Shown piece by piece: positions 1 through 9,802 of a stretch of DNA of 38,122 nucleotides (positions are counted from its first letter, which is position 1; every line of letters starts with the position of its first letter). A program made the position numbers and the translations under genes. The DNA comes from a virus. Lineage: Duplodnaviria; Heunggongvirae; Uroviricota; Caudoviricetes. Location: IMG/VR virus record IMGVR_UViG_2734482790_000003, one strand, 5' to 3'. The notes under the pieces are model-generated. The model had not been told where the DNA came from. It made no database searches and saw nothing but the letters and a program-made list of their open reading frames with translations.

Positions 1-1053
1 TTACGGGGTAATGCCAACCGCTGCCGCCACTTTGTCGCCACTTGGCAGCGTTGCCAGAGGATTGAAACGGAGCGCCGTTTCCAGATGATCCGGTGCCAGA
101 TGTGCGTAACGCATAGTCATTTTTATATCGTGGTGTCCGAGAATTTTTTGTAAGGCCAGAATGTTTCCACCCGACATCATGAAGTGCGCCGCAAACGTAT
201 GGCGCAGAACGTGTGTGAGTTGACCGCGAGGGAGCACGATAGACGTTTTTTCCATCACGGATAAAAATTGAAAATAGCAGTCTGTGAAGAAATTGAACCC
301 ATCAAGCGCCATGATCTCTTCGTAAAGCTCTTTACTGATAGGGATGCTTCTGTTTTTCTTCCCCTTCGTTCTTACAAAGGTAATTCGGTATTTGGTCACC
401 TGTGAACGAGTAAGATTTACGGCTTCTCGCCAGCGTGCGCCTGTGCTTAAGCATATCTTAACTACCAGTGCCAGAATTGGGTCCTGACGTTTGCAATCAG
501 CCAGTAATTCAACAATCTGCTCATGGGTAAGCCATGCCATCTCTTTTTCTGCGATGGTGAATTTTCGCATGTTCTCCAGTGGGTTCGGATACGACCATTC
601 GCCCAGGCGGGATAGTTCGCTAAAAACACTACTTAGATAGCTTTGCTCCAGGTTAATGGTGACCGGGCTTGCTCCTTTCTTCCATTTCTCGCTGAAGTAG
701 ATCTCACCTGTCAGGCGTTTATCTCGATAGTGGGCAAACATTTTAGAGGTTAGATCAGTTGCAAGGGGATTGCCCAGAGCGTCAACCATCAGCAGCAATT
801 TGTCATAGACATGCTGCCCAGCAGTCAGTGATTTACCATGTAGTTTGAACCATAGCTCAACCACGTCTTTCAGTGTTCGACGATCCACTGATTCACCTAG
901 CCAGGGCTTTGCTTCGGTTTCTTCCATCGTGTGACGCTCAAAAGCCAGTGCTTCGCCTTTGGTGGCGAATTGTTTACGCACACGACGCCCACTACGTCCG
1001 GCGGGGTAACATTCGCAAAGCCATTTTCCTGTGGTGAGTTTTCGTACAGCCAT
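1..1053 (-). CDS. int: Tyrosine integrase, P2/186-type
   Basis: ORF 1..1131(-). Start placed at internal Met (MAVRKLTTGKWLCECYPAG...), which matches how P2-family integrases begin. C-terminal HxxR (LRHTFAAHF) and catalytic Tyr region (MTMRYAHL). Stop codon is window bases 1-3. Confidence 0.85.
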   Translation of the reverse strand: MAVRKLTTGKWLCECYPAGRSGRRVRKQFATKGEALAFERHTMEETEAKPWLGESVDRRTLKDVVELWFKLHGKSLTAGQHVYDKLLLMVDALGNPLATDLTSKMFAHYRDKRLTGEIYFSEKWKKGASPVTINLEQSYLSSVFSELSRLGEWSYPNPLENMRKFTIAEKEMAWLTHEQIVELLADCKRQDPILALVVKICLSTGARWREAVNLTRSQVTKYRITFVRTKGKKNRSIPISKELYEEIMALDGFNFFTDCYFQFLSVMEKTSIVLPRGQLTHVLRHTFAAHFMMSGGNILALQKILGHHDIKMTMRYAHLAPDHLETALRFNPLATLPSGDKVAAAVGITP

Positions 1054-1241
1054 AAAAAATGCCCTCCAATAGAGAGCATTTTTACTGTATGTATAACCAG
1101 TGTCAATGTATGAAATCCTGCGACCATACATCTCACTGAAGCCATAATGAAGTAGGCTATTCTTTTTGCTATGTGATCATGTAACTTTTGCGGTTAACCT
1201 GTGGCTCATTTTTATTTTAGGCGCAGATTTAAAAGCAAAAG

Positions 1242-1433
1242 TTATCGTGAGTTTTTAGTACAGATTTTTTTGGATTTACTAATAGTTCCATCATTGCAAA
1301 CGAATTTGCCATCAGAGGTACAGTGAGAAACACCTCCCTTTTTCCCTGAGCAGGGATAATTTCTAGCATAGGTAGCTAGTGGGTTTAATAACAAAGAACA
1401 TGACAAAACCACAAAAAATACCTTACCAAGCAT
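1242..1433 (-). CDS. Small secreted cysteine-rich peptide (63 aa), unknown function
   Basis: Hydrophobic signal-peptide-like N-terminus ([23 protein letters not shown]) followed by a ~40-aa Lys/Gly-rich region with 4 Cys. Strong SD (GGGAGG) 6 nt upstream of ATG. Lies directly downstream of cI on the same strand, in AT-rich DNA. Confidence 0.5.
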   Translation of the reverse strand: MLGKVFFVVLSCSLLLNPLATYARNYPCSGKKGGVSHCTSDGKFVCNDGTISKSKKICTKNSR

Positions 1434-1448
1434 AATTTCCTCCCGGTA

Positions 1449-2024
1449 CTATTTAACATACTTGACTGTTAAACTTATAATTTTACCAATTATTTCAATG
1501 TCTTCTATCTTACATTCAAAGGCTCTGTTTCCACCCTCGACGAAGATTCTTCCACCGGGTAAACGAGTAATGTCACGGATCGTTATTTCGCCATCAATAC
1601 TTATTACCCATTTACCATCACGTATATCATCAAATTCCTTATCACAAATAAATTCAGAATTATTATCTGTGATTACAAAAAGATTCTTGAATGCCGACGG
1701 TAGAAATTCTCTATCGAAAATATAAAAACCGTCTTCACACAAGGCCCCATCAGATAATACATATTTAGCAACTTCCATAGTATTTGTATTACCTGAAGTT
1801 TGCTTTGAACCATGCCCGGTTGTGAGCCAATTAAGCGAGGTGCCTGTTTCAAGGGCGCACTGGATTACCCATTCTGCTGGGAATGAGTCACGCATGTAGC
1901 GTGTGGCGAGTGTACTTTTAGAGATTCCTAAATGATCGCACAACGCCTGTCGAGTCTTGAATCCATAAGCTTCTACCATGCGCTCTATGGCGCCTCGTCC
2001 GCCTTTCTCCAAATTCATGGTCAC
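1449..2024 (-). CDS. cI: Immunity repressor CI, phage 186-type (191 aa)
   Basis: Length and sequence resemble 186 CI (N-terminal HTH ...AYGF...ALETG..L.WL.TG; C-terminal KLPGG..FVEGG..FEC). Position between int and the divergent apl. Confidence 0.8.
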   Translation of the reverse strand: MTMNLEKGGRGAIERMVEAYGFKTRQALCDHLGISKSTLATRYMRDSFPAEWVIQCALETGTSLNWLTTGHGSKQTSGNTNTMEVAKYVLSDGALCEDGFYIFDREFLPSAFKNLFVITDNNSEFICDKEFDDIRDGKWVISIDGEITIRDITRLPGGRIFVEGGNRAFECKIEDIEIIGKIISLTVKYVK

Positions 2025-2042
2025 TCCAAGTGAACTTTTATC

Positions 2043-2071
2043 TTGACGATTTCACCGTGCGATCGTATGTT
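2043..2071 (+). promoter_or_regulatory. Candidate lytic promoter pR in the cI-apl switch region
   Basis: TTGACG (2043-2048), 17-bp spacer, TATGTT (2066-2071), about 70 nt upstream of apl. Direct repeats CGATCGTAT / CGATCCGTAT, each containing a GATC, flank the -10 region. Confidence 0.4.
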
Positions 2072-2143
2072 TATGGTGTTCACAAAATACAAACGATCCG
2101 TATTCGTCCTGATTAATCATCATTAAACGAGGAATGTTGCATC

Positions 2144-2365
2144 ATGAGACCTAACATTTCAATCACTCTTACCACGCCTCATGTGACTATTGAACGCTAT
2201 AGCGAGCTGACAGGGCTATCCATCGATACCATCAATGACATGTTGGCTGATGGACGCCTTATCCGTCACCGTCTGCGCAAAGATAAAAAACGCGAAAAAG
2301 TGATGATCAACATAGCAGCAATGACCGTTGATGCGCTTTCAGAATGCAATCTAAACCTTAATTAG
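2144..2365 (+). CDS. apl: Apl/Cox-like excisionase and transcriptional repressor
   Basis: 73-aa basic protein, first gene of the rightward early operon, divergent from cI. This is the position and size of 186 Apl / P2 Cox. Confidence 0.7.
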   Translation: MRPNISITLTTPHVTIERYSELTGLSIDTINDMLADGRLIRHRLRKDKKREKVMINIAAMTVDALSECNLNLN

Positions 2366-2391
2366 TTCGATTCTGAAATACATCAGAGGCA

Positions 2392-2907
2392 TTGACCATG
2401 TTTGATTACCAAGTTTCCAAACATCCACATTTTGATGAAGCCTGTCGTGCATTTGCACTGCGCCACAATCTGGTGCAACTGGCAGAACGTGCAGGCATGA
2501 ATGTGCAGATTCTGCGGAACAAGCTGAACCCAGCTCAGCCTCATTTATTAACCGCACCAGAAATCTGGCTGCTTACCGATCTGACTGAAGATTCAACGCT
2601 GGTAGATGGTTTTCTGGCACAGATTCATTGTCTGCCATGTGTACCGATTAATGAGGTGGCAAAAGAGAAACTGCCACATTACGTCATGAGTGCAACCGCA
2701 GAGATCGGGCGTGTTGCTGCAGGTGCGGTGTCTGGCGATGTAAAAACCTGTGCCGGTCGTCGTGATGCTATTAGCAGCATTAACTCTGTAACACGACTGA
2801 TGGCGCTGGCGGCTGTTTCATTGCAGGCCCGTTTACAGGCTAATCCTGCGATGGCGAGTGCAGTTGATACCGTGACTGGCCTCGGTGCTTCATTTGGTTT
2901 GCTGTGA
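2392..2907 (+). CDS. cII: CII-like lysogeny establishment activator (186 CII family)
   Basis: 171 aa with strong resemblance to 186 CII ([19 protein letters not shown]...[19 protein letters not shown]...[25 protein letters not shown]). Confidence 0.85.
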   Translation: MTMFDYQVSKHPHFDEACRAFALRHNLVQLAERAGMNVQILRNKLNPAQPHLLTAPEIWLLTDLTEDSTLVDGFLAQIHCLPCVPINEVAKEKLPHYVMSATAEIGRVAAGAVSGDVKTCAGRRDAISSINSVTRLMALAAVSLQARLQANPAMASAVDTVTGLGASFGLL

Positions 2908-2914
2908 GGTGCTT

Positions 2915-3115
2915 ATGCTGACGAAAGAACCATCATTTGCATCGCTGCTGGTTAAACAAAGCCCGGCAATGCATTACGGTCACGGCTGGATCATGGGGGA
3001 GGATGGTAAACGCTGGCATCCGTGCCGTTCACAAGATGAATTGCTGGCAGAACTATCTACGAAAAAACGGGGGAACAAATGGCTATTGAAGGCACTGCGG
3101 CGACTGTTCCATTAA
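2915..3115 (+). CDS. Early-region hypothetical protein (possible fil/dhr-position gene)
   Basis: ORF 2885..3115 trimmed to the internal Met, which has an SD (GAGGTG). Sits immediately after cII. Confidence 0.4.
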   Translation: MLTKEPSFASLLVKQSPAMHYGHGWIMGEDGKRWHPCRSQDELLAELSTKKRGNKWLLKALRRLFH

Positions 3116-3420
3116 GCCCCGGTGAACGCCTGAATGGACTTAATCACATTGCGGAGTTAAGGGCGAAAGTTTTTGGCCTGAATATTGAGTCAGAGCTTGA
3201 GCGGTTTATTAAAGATATGCGTGATTCACGGGATATTAATAGCGAACAAAATAAACGGGCACTGGCTGCCATATTCTTTATGGCAAAAATTCCAGCTGAA
3301 CGTCATAGCATCAGCATTAATGAGCTGACCACTGACGAAAAGCGGGAGTTGATTAAAGCAATGAATCATTTTCGTGCAGTGGTGAGCTTATTTCCCAGAC
3401 GGCTAACCATGCCGAATTAA
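3079..3420 (+). CDS. Early-region hypothetical protein (113 aa)
   Basis: ORF with SD-like GGGGGA upstream; same strand and operon position as the other early genes. Confidence 0.45.
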   Translation: MAIEGTAATVPLSPGERLNGLNHIAELRAKVFGLNIESELERFIKDMRDSRDINSEQNKRALAAIFFMAKIPAERHSISINELTTDEKRELIKAMNHFRAVVSLFPRRLTMPN

Positions 3421-3487
3421 CCAACTAATGAAATTAATGGCGTAAACCCGCCGGGCATCCCTTTATCTAAATTCAGGAGAATTGATT

Positions 3488-3721
3488 ATGCGTAATATTG
3501 AAACCCTCCCGACCAAAACCGGACCGGATGACGCAGGGCTTAATATTTTACTGACAGAGGCTCGTCTGGAAGAACGCCGGGCAAGGGCTGAAGCAATGGC
3601 AGCTCGCCTTGATAGCCTGGCGTGTCATATCACATCCCGCCAGCTAACCCACGTCGAAGCGGCAGAACTGCTTCGTATGACTGCTGAAGCAATCCAGAAC
3701 GAAGCGCAGGAGATCCACTAA
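3488..3721 (+). CDS. Early-region hypothetical protein (~77 aa)
   Basis: ORF 3482..3721; ATG at 3488 preceded by AGGAGA. Confidence 0.45.
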   Translation: MRNIETLPTKTGPDDAGLNILLTEARLEERRARAEAMAARLDSLACHITSRQLTHVEAAELLRMTAEAIQNEAQEIH

Positions 3722-3948
3722 TGGCTGATGCAATGGATCTCGTACAGCAGCGCGTTGAAGAAGAACGCCAACGCCATATCCGTGCTGCCCGTGCCAAAAC
3801 GCCGGGCGTGTCCCGCGTGCTTTGCATTGAGTGTGAAGCGCCAATTCCGCCAGCACGCCGCCGTGCCATTCCGGGTGTGCAGCTTTGCATTACCTGTCAG
3901 GAAATCGCAGAGCTGAAAGGCAAACATTACAACGGAGGTGCTGTATGA
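3721..3948 (+). CDS. TraR/DksA-family C4 zinc-finger protein
   Basis: 75 aa with CIECEAPIP...CITCQ (CxxC-N17-CxxC), typical of TraR/DksA-type phage proteins. Confidence 0.7.
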   Translation: MADAMDLVQQRVEEERQRHIRAARAKTPGVSRVLCIECEAPIPPARRRAIPGVQLCITCQEIAELKGKHYNGGAV

Positions 3949-4802
3949 GCACCATCCTGAAATGGGCGGGAAATAAAACTGCCATAATGTCCGAACTAAA
4001 AAAACATCTTCCTGCTGGCCCGCGACTGGTTGAACCTTTCGCGGGTTCCTGTGCTGTGATGATGGAGACGGATTATCCCAGCTATCTGGTTGCGGATATT
4101 AATCCTGATTTAATCAACCTCTATAAAAAGGTTGCCGCTGATTGTGAATCGTTTATATCTCGCGCCAGAGTTTTATTTGAGATCGCAAACAGGGAGGTGG
4201 CTTATTACAACATAAGGCAGGAGTTTAATTACTCAACTGAAATTACTGATTTCATGAAAGCGGTATATTTCCTGTATCTCAATCGTCACGGTTACCGTGG
4301 TTTATGTCGCTATAACAAGAGCGGGCATTTCAACATTCCCTACGGTAATTATAAAAATCCGTATTTCCCTGAAAAAGAAATTCGCGCATTTGCAGAAAAG
4401 GCCCAGCGAGCAACGTTTATCTGCGCCAGCTTTGATGAAACGCTGGCGATGTTGAAGGCGGGGGATGTGGTGTATTGCGATCCGCCGTATGACGGTACGT
4501 TTTCCGGCTATCACACTGACGGCTTCACTGAAGATGACCAGTATCACCTGGCATCTGTTCTTGAACATCGGTCATCAGAAGGACATCCGGTCATTGTTTC
4601 TAACAGTGACACATCCCTGATCCGTTCGCTGTATCGCAATTTTACTCACCACTACATCAAGGCAAAACGCAGCATCGGTGTGGCAGCTGGCGAGGGTAAA
4701 TCAGCAACAGAAATCATTGCTGTTTCCGGGCCGCGCTGCTGGGTGGGATTTGATTATTCGCGTGGCGTGGATAGTTCTGCCGTGTACGGAGTACGTGCAT
4801 GA
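3945..4802 (+). CDS. dam: DNA adenine methyltransferase (Dam-like, D12 class)
   Basis: N-terminal W.G.K and FAGSCAV (AdoMet motif I) plus DPPY catalytic motif ([12 protein letters not shown]). Its stop overlaps the gene A start (ATGA at 4799-4802). Confidence 0.85.
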   Translation: MSTILKWAGNKTAIMSELKKHLPAGPRLVEPFAGSCAVMMETDYPSYLVADINPDLINLYKKVAADCESFISRARVLFEIANREVAYYNIRQEFNYSTEITDFMKAVYFLYLNRHGYRGLCRYNKSGHFNIPYGNYKNPYFPEKEIRAFAEKAQRATFICASFDETLAMLKAGDVVYCDPPYDGTFSGYHTDGFTEDDQYHLASVLEHRSSEGHPVIVSNSDTSLIRSLYRNFTHHYIKAKRSIGVAAGEGKSATEIIAVSGPRCWVGFDYSRGVDSSAVYGVRA

Positions 4803-7213
4803 GTCATGCCGATATGAACAACTGCTGCGGCTTTAACGAAGCTGCCGCATCGTTCTCATGGAACAGCTCGAAAAAGGCCATTAACCCTTATCTGGACCCG
4901 GTGGAAGTTGCGCCGGTTTCTACGCTTTCAAATCTGATCACTCTGTACGCTGCCGATAACGAGCAGGAACAGCTGCGCCGTGAGGCGCTGAGTGATCAGG
5001 TCTGGGAGCGTTATTTCTTTAATGAATCCCGTGATCCTGTCCAGCGCGAAATGGAACAGGATAAGCTCATTAGTCGGGCAAAGCTGGCGCATGAGCAGCA
5101 GCGTTTTAATCCGGATATGGTCATTCTGGCGGACGTCAACGCCCAGCCTTCCCATATCAGCAAGCCGCTGATGCAACGTATTGAATACTTCAGCAGCCTG
5201 GGCAGGCCAAAGGCTTATTCCCGCTATTTACGTGAGACGATTAAGCCATGTCTGGAACGACTGGAGCATGTACGCGACAGTCAGCTATCTGCATCTTTTC
5301 GCTTTATGGCAAGCCATGAAGGGCTGGACGGCCTGCTGATCCTGCCTGAAATGAGTCAGGATCAGGTGAAACGCCTGTCCACCCTGGTAGCTGCGCATAT
5401 GAGTATGTGCTTTGATGCCGCTTGTGGCGATTTGTATGCCACCGATGACGTTAAGCCAGAAGAAATCCGCAATACATGGGAAAGGGTGGCAGCGGAAACC
5501 CTGCGTCTGGATGTCATCCCGCCTGCGTTTGAGCAACTCCGTCGGAAAAGAAACCGCCGTAAACCCGTGCCCTATGAACTCATTCCGGGTTCGCTGGCGC
5601 GTATGTTGTGCGCCGACTGGTGGTATCGGAAATTATGGAAGATGCGTTGCGAATGGCGGGAAGAGCAGTTGCGTGCTGTCTGCCTTGTCAGCAAAAAAGC
5701 ATCTCCCTATGTCAGCTATGAAGCCGTGTTGCATAAACGTGAGCAGCGCCGTAAGTCGCTGGAGTTTTTCCGTTCTCATGAACTGGTGAACGAAGACGGC
5801 GACACGCTAGACATGGAGGATGTGGTAAACGCCAGCAGCAGCAACCCTGCGCATCGCCGCAATGAGATGATGGCCTGTGTTAAAGGTCTGGAGCTTATCG
5901 CGGAAATGCGCGGTGACTGCGCCGTTTTCTACACCATCACCTGTCCGTCACGTTTCCATTCCACGCTAAATAACGGCAGGCCCAACCCGACCTGGACAAA
6001 TGCGACGGTAAGACAAAGCAGCGATTATCTGGTCGGTATGTTTGCTGCATTTCGTAAGGCGATGCACAAAGCCGGGTTGCGCTGGTATGGCGTGCGGGTG
6101 GCTGAGCCGCATCACGACGGCACAGTTCACTGGCACCTGTTGTGTTTCATGCGCAAAAAAGACCGCCGCGCCATTACAGCATTGTTGCGTAAGTTTGCTA
6201 TCCGTGAAGACCGCGAGGAGCTGGGCAATAACACGGGGCCGCGCTTTAAGTCTGAGCTGATTAACCCGCGCAAAGGAACGCCGACAAGCTACATAGCGAA
6301 ATACATCAGTAAGAACATTGACGGGCGTGGTCTGGCTGGCGAGATCAGCAAGGAAACGGGTAAATCTCTGCGTGATAACGCTGAATACGTGAATGCCTGG
6401 GCGTCTTTGCATCGTGTTCAGCAATTCCGCTTCTTTGGCATTCCGGGGCGTCAGGCTTACCGTGAACTGCGATTGCTGGCTGGTCAGGCGGTAAGGCAAA
6501 AGGGGGACAAAAAAGCAGGTGCGCCGGTACTGGATAACCCGCGCCTTGATGCCATCCTGGCTGCTGCTGATGCTGGTTGTTTTGCCACCTACATCATGAA
6601 GCAGGGCGGCGTACTGGTTCCCCGTAAATATCACCTCATCAGAACCGCTTATGAAATCAACGAAGAGCCGACCGTCTATGGCGATCACGGCATTCGTATT
6701 TATGGCATCTGGTCACCCATTGCAGAGGGCAAGATCTGCACTCATGCAGTGAAGTGGAAAATGGTTCGTAAAGCCGTTGACGTTCAGGAGGCGGCAGCCG
6801 ACCAGGGCGCTTGCGCCCCTTGGACTCGTGGCAATAACTGTCCCCTTGCTGAAAATTTGAACCAACAAGGGAAAGACAAATCAGCTGATGGGGATACCAG
6901 AACGGATATCACCCGCATGGATGACAAGGAGTTGCACGATTACCTGCACAGTATGAGCAAAAAAGAGCGCCGGGAACTGGCAGCAAGGTTATGCCTGGTT
7001 AAACCGAAACGGCGTAAAGACTACAAACAGCGAATTACAGACCATCAGCGACAGCAGCTCGTCTATGAGCTGAAGTCCAGAGGATTTGATGGTAGCGAGA
7101 AAGAGGTCGATTTACTCCTTCGCGGCGGCAGTATTCCGTCAGGAGCAGGCCTGCGTATCTTCTATCGGAACCAGCGTTTGCAGGAAGATGATAAGTGGCG
7201 GGATCTGTATTAA
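4799..7213 (+). CDS. A: Replication initiation endonuclease (P2 gpA / 186 A family)
   Basis: 804-aa protein; position after the early genes; paired tyrosines in [11 protein letters not shown] typical of rolling-circle initiators. Confidence 0.85.
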   Translation: MSHADMNNCCGFNEAAASFSWNSSKKAINPYLDPVEVAPVSTLSNLITLYAADNEQEQLRREALSDQVWERYFFNESRDPVQREMEQDKLISRAKLAHEQQRFNPDMVILADVNAQPSHISKPLMQRIEYFSSLGRPKAYSRYLRETIKPCLERLEHVRDSQLSASFRFMASHEGLDGLLILPEMSQDQVKRLSTLVAAHMSMCFDAACGDLYATDDVKPEEIRNTWERVAAETLRLDVIPPAFEQLRRKRNRRKPVPYELIPGSLARMLCADWWYRKLWKMRCEWREEQLRAVCLVSKKASPYVSYEAVLHKREQRRKSLEFFRSHELVNEDGDTLDMEDVVNASSSNPAHRRNEMMACVKGLELIAEMRGDCAVFYTITCPSRFHSTLNNGRPNPTWTNATVRQSSDYLVGMFAAFRKAMHKAGLRWYGVRVAEPHHDGTVHWHLLCFMRKKDRRAITALLRKFAIREDREELGNNTGPRFKSELINPRKGTPTSYIAKYISKNIDGRGLAGEISKETGKSLRDNAEYVNAWASLHRVQQFRFFGIPGRQAYRELRLLAGQAVRQKGDKKAGAPVLDNPRLDAILAAADAGCFATYIMKQGGVLVPRKYHLIRTAYEINEEPTVYGDHGIRIYGIWSPIAEGKICTHAVKWKMVRKAVDVQEAAADQGACAPWTRGNNCPLAENLNQQGKDKSADGDTRTDITRMDDKELHDYLHSMSKKERRELAARLCLVKPKRRKDYKQRITDHQRQQLVYELKSRGFDGSEKEVDLLLRGGSIPSGAGLRIFYRNQRLQEDDKWRDLY

Positions 7214-7305
7214 TTACGCGCGTTAACAATTCGTGCTCTTAATAATACCAGGCATATCAGGCTGATGAACGTAAAAAAACGTTTTACATCAGTAAGATTA
7301 TTATA

Positions 7306-7325
7306 TACTGTGAATATAAACAGTG
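7306..7325. promoter_or_regulatory. LexA (SOS) box
   Basis: TACTGTGAATATAAACAGTG; CTGT-N8-ACAG at 7308-7323, 16/20 match to the LexA consensus. About 45 bp upstream of the 7366 ORF. Confidence 0.65.
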
Positions 7326-7365
7326 GTTATGTATACAGTATTGATTTGGTGTTATAGGAGGAAAG

Positions 7366-7554
7366 ATGCAGGACTATTTTTTGGAGTCTTTGAAGCTCCA
7401 GCGCATTGATTTTTTTCTTAAGCTTGTAGCGGCTAGTGAGTGTAGTGATGAAGAGAAGGGGCTGGCTTTGCAGTGGGTTTCTGAACTGACAGATGAACTC
7501 ATGGCAAAAATCAGAAGCCACGAATACAACCGCTCAATGGATGTCATCAGCTGA
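7366..7554 (+). CDS. Small protein in the SOS-controlled operon (62 aa), hypothetical
   Basis: ORF with AGGAGG SD, immediately downstream of the LexA box. Confidence 0.5.
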   Translation: MQDYFLESLKLQRIDFFLKLVAASECSDEEKGLALQWVSELTDELMAKIRSHEYNRSMDVIS

Positions 7555-7564
7555 GGTGACTTTT

Positions 7565-7798
7565 ATGCGCATTGAAATAATGATCGATAAAGAGCAGAAG
7601 ATTAACCAGTCTACCCTGGACGCCCTTGAATCCGAGCTTTACCGCAATCTGCGCCCCCTGTATCCCAAAACGGTAATTCGTATCCGCAAAGGTAGCTCTA
7701 ACGGTGTGGAACTGACCGGACTGCAACTGGATGAAGAAAGAAAACAAGTGATGAAAATTATGCAGAAAGTGTGGGAAGACGACAGCTGGCTGCATTAA
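7565..7798 (+). CDS. DinI-like protein (possible Tum-type antirepressor component)
   Basis: 78 aa starting MRIEIMIDK..., with DinI-family features (short alpha/beta protein, acidic C-terminus ...WEDDSWL). SD AGGTGA. Downstream of the LexA box. Confidence 0.7.
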   Translation: MRIEIMIDKEQKINQSTLDALESELYRNLRPLYPKTVIRIRKGSSNGVELTGLQLDEERKQVMKIMQKVWEDDSWLH

Positions 7799-7942
7799 GA
7801 AACGTTGCCTCCAGGAGGATTCATTCTGATGGGGGCTAGTTTGGGCAACGAGTGAAACGAGGCGTAAGGTGGGCGGGCATTTTGATAAGTGATCGTCCGC
7901 TTTGTGCTAGAAGCGGTCGTTACCGCTTCAGCACTTTGTTAA

Positions 7943-9802
7943 TTAGTGAGGGCTGGTTATTACGTAGTCGCTCTGGTCATCCTCTCCCAGCCTCTCAGGT
8001 ATTAAATCGTTGAAGGAAATAGTATTACTCTTAGGCTTTTCTTCAATTGGAAGTTCAGCTACCCTTAATTTGAGCGGCATGGGGCAGACGATACCACTAA
8101 AAATACAGGTTCCTGTAGATAGCGTTGGAATCGACTCTTCAGTCAGTCGATCTATATATGATACTGATTTTTCAATTGCGTACAGATCATTCTGATTAAT
8201 AAGGCGATGAATAAAATAATTGTGTGCTTGGGATATGATTGTCGACGATATATCATTAGGGCGTTGACTGGAAATTGTGATAAAAACTCCAAATTTTCTC
8301 CCCTCCTTTATGATTTCCTCAAAAGTTTCCAGACGATAATCTCTCCAACTTTCCGTTTCCCGAAAAGAAGTATTAGACAAAATATTGTGGGCTTCATCTA
8401 TAATGATGTGCAGTGTAGATTTCTCTGTAGACATTTTCTTCATATTGTAAGCCCACTTGGCTATCAAAAGAGGAAGCGTTTTTTTCATGGTTATATTAAC
8501 CATATTTAGATTCACAACCGTGAAATTATGTTCACCCCAAAAATCAGACTGTCCGGAAGTATCAAATATTTTGGCTATATCTTTACGGTTAGCACTCATT
8601 CTATTTATAACTGGTGAAATATGTTCAGGGTTAGACTTGTTAGATAAATATTCCTGTATTAACTGTAAGTACATAAAGTCCAACAGTTCTTCAATCATAT
8701 CAGTTTTAAATGAAAAATTGCTTGCAAGACTGAATAGATAGGAGCGCTCAGTATCAGCTTCTGTATTGAAAATACTACCACCCCTCAATTTCCATTTATA
8801 TGCAGTTGAATGATACTCAAGATCAGATATAAGTTCTGGGTCATCTTTGAAAATTGGGCTAAGAAACTGATTTATAGTATCGCATTTGGGTTTGTCGCTA
8901 CTAAAGAGATTTTGTCTGACTTTTTTCTTCAGGATATTGCGCATAAACTCAAGAGGATTATCAGCGGTCATCACTTTCTTGCGAAACTCAAGAACTCTCT
9001 TCAGGAAAGGTTTCTGTGTTTTGTCTGTTGCATCGGTTAGAACTGAGAGCATATCATGCTCAAGTAGAACCTCTCTGGGTAGAGGAAGTTTGTCACCATT
9101 TGCATGGTGCGTGTTGAGATTATAAACCGTCTTCTCGTCAGTAATACAGCGTGGGGCAGTATATTCTCCATTAAAGTCGAATAGAATAAATTTGCATCTT
9201 TCACTAAAGTGGTTGCCGAGAATATGTTTAACTTGGGCAATACCTGCTTTGTATAGCGCGGCTAGGGTATTTGACTTTCCGCTGCCTGTATTACCGAAAA
9301 TGGCAATGTGGGAATTAATAAGACCATTGATTGGTAGTGCAATTTCAATATCTTCAAGATCTGTACGAGTAAACCTCATTACAGTTTCGTCTGCATCAGC
9401 TATCTGATGAACCGTCTGTATCATCTCTTCAGTTACCACGAAGACTTCATTGCCGATGAGAGGTAGTTCACGCGAACCACCAATGAAGCAACCAGTACGA
9501 TCAATGTAACCCGTAAGAGTAGAGGTCAGGTATCGCCGATATCGCCAGGCATCACTGCCGCTCCCAGCGAGATGTTTTTCCTCAATGATTCGTTCCGCTT
9601 CAACCTTGCCGATCAGGCTCATGAAACCTTTTTTGATCTCAATGAAGCTACCCACTGATACATTTCTTAGAACTTTTCCCTGATAAAACAAGTCACTGAG
9701 ATTTTTGTTTTTATCGACCAAAATTGTCACAGCGCGTCCAGAAACCTCACAGACTTCGCCTATACGGAGCACCGCTTCCTCTTCAGTAAAATGCCTGCTC
9801 AT
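7943..9802 (-). CDS. herA: HerA/FtsK-like ATPase, partner of the SIR2 protein (SIR2-HerA defence system)
   Basis: Walker A GNTGSGKSNT and Walker B/DEAH-like IIIDEAH. Start taken at MSRHFTEE with GGGAGG SD, overlapping the SIR2 stop (ATGA). AT-rich composition. Confidence 0.75.
   Translation of the reverse strand: MSRHFTEEEAVLRIGEVCEVSGRAVTILVDKNKNLSDLFYQGKVLRNVSVGSFIEIKKGFMSLIGKVEAERIIEEKHLAGSGSDAWRYRRYLTSTLTGYIDRTGCFIGGSRELPLIGNEVFVVTEEMIQTVHQIADADETVMRFTRTDLEDIEIALPINGLINSHIAIFGNTGSGKSNTLAALYKAGIAQVKHILGNHFSERCKFILFDFNGEYTAPRCITDEKTVYNLNTHHANGDKLPLPREVLLEHDMLSVLTDATDKTQKPFLKRVLEFRKKVMTADNPLEFMRNILKKKVRQNLFSSDKPKCDTINQFLSPIFKDDPELISDLEYHSTAYKWKLRGGSIFNTEADTERSYLFSLASNFSFKTDMIEELLDFMYLQLIQEYLSNKSNPEHISPVINRMSANRKDIAKIFDTSGQSDFWGEHNFTVVNLNMVNITMKKTLPLLIAKWAYNMKKMSTEKSTLHIIIDEAHNILSNTSFRETESWRDYRLETFEEIIKEGRKFGVFITISSQRPNDISSTIISQAHNYFIHRLINQNDLYAIEKSVSYIDRLTEESIPTLSTGTCIFSGIVCPMPLKLRVAELPIEEKPKSNTISFNDLIPERLGEDDQSDYVITSPH

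Noticed and set aside
1054-1131. 26-codon N-terminal extension of the integrase ORF
   Set aside because: P2-family integrases begin at the MAVRK-type Met; the extension has no conservation and would overlap promoter-like AT-rich sequence.
5966-6688. 240-aa minus-strand ORF inside the replication gene A
   Set aside because: Entirely antisense to gene A, no recognisable motifs, no SD; treated as a spurious ORF.
7493-7564. Longer 101-aa form of the DinI-like ORF starting at 7493
   Set aside because: It overlaps the preceding ORF by about 60 nt and lacks an SD, whereas Met 7565 has AGGTGA at ideal spacing and matches the usual DinI length.
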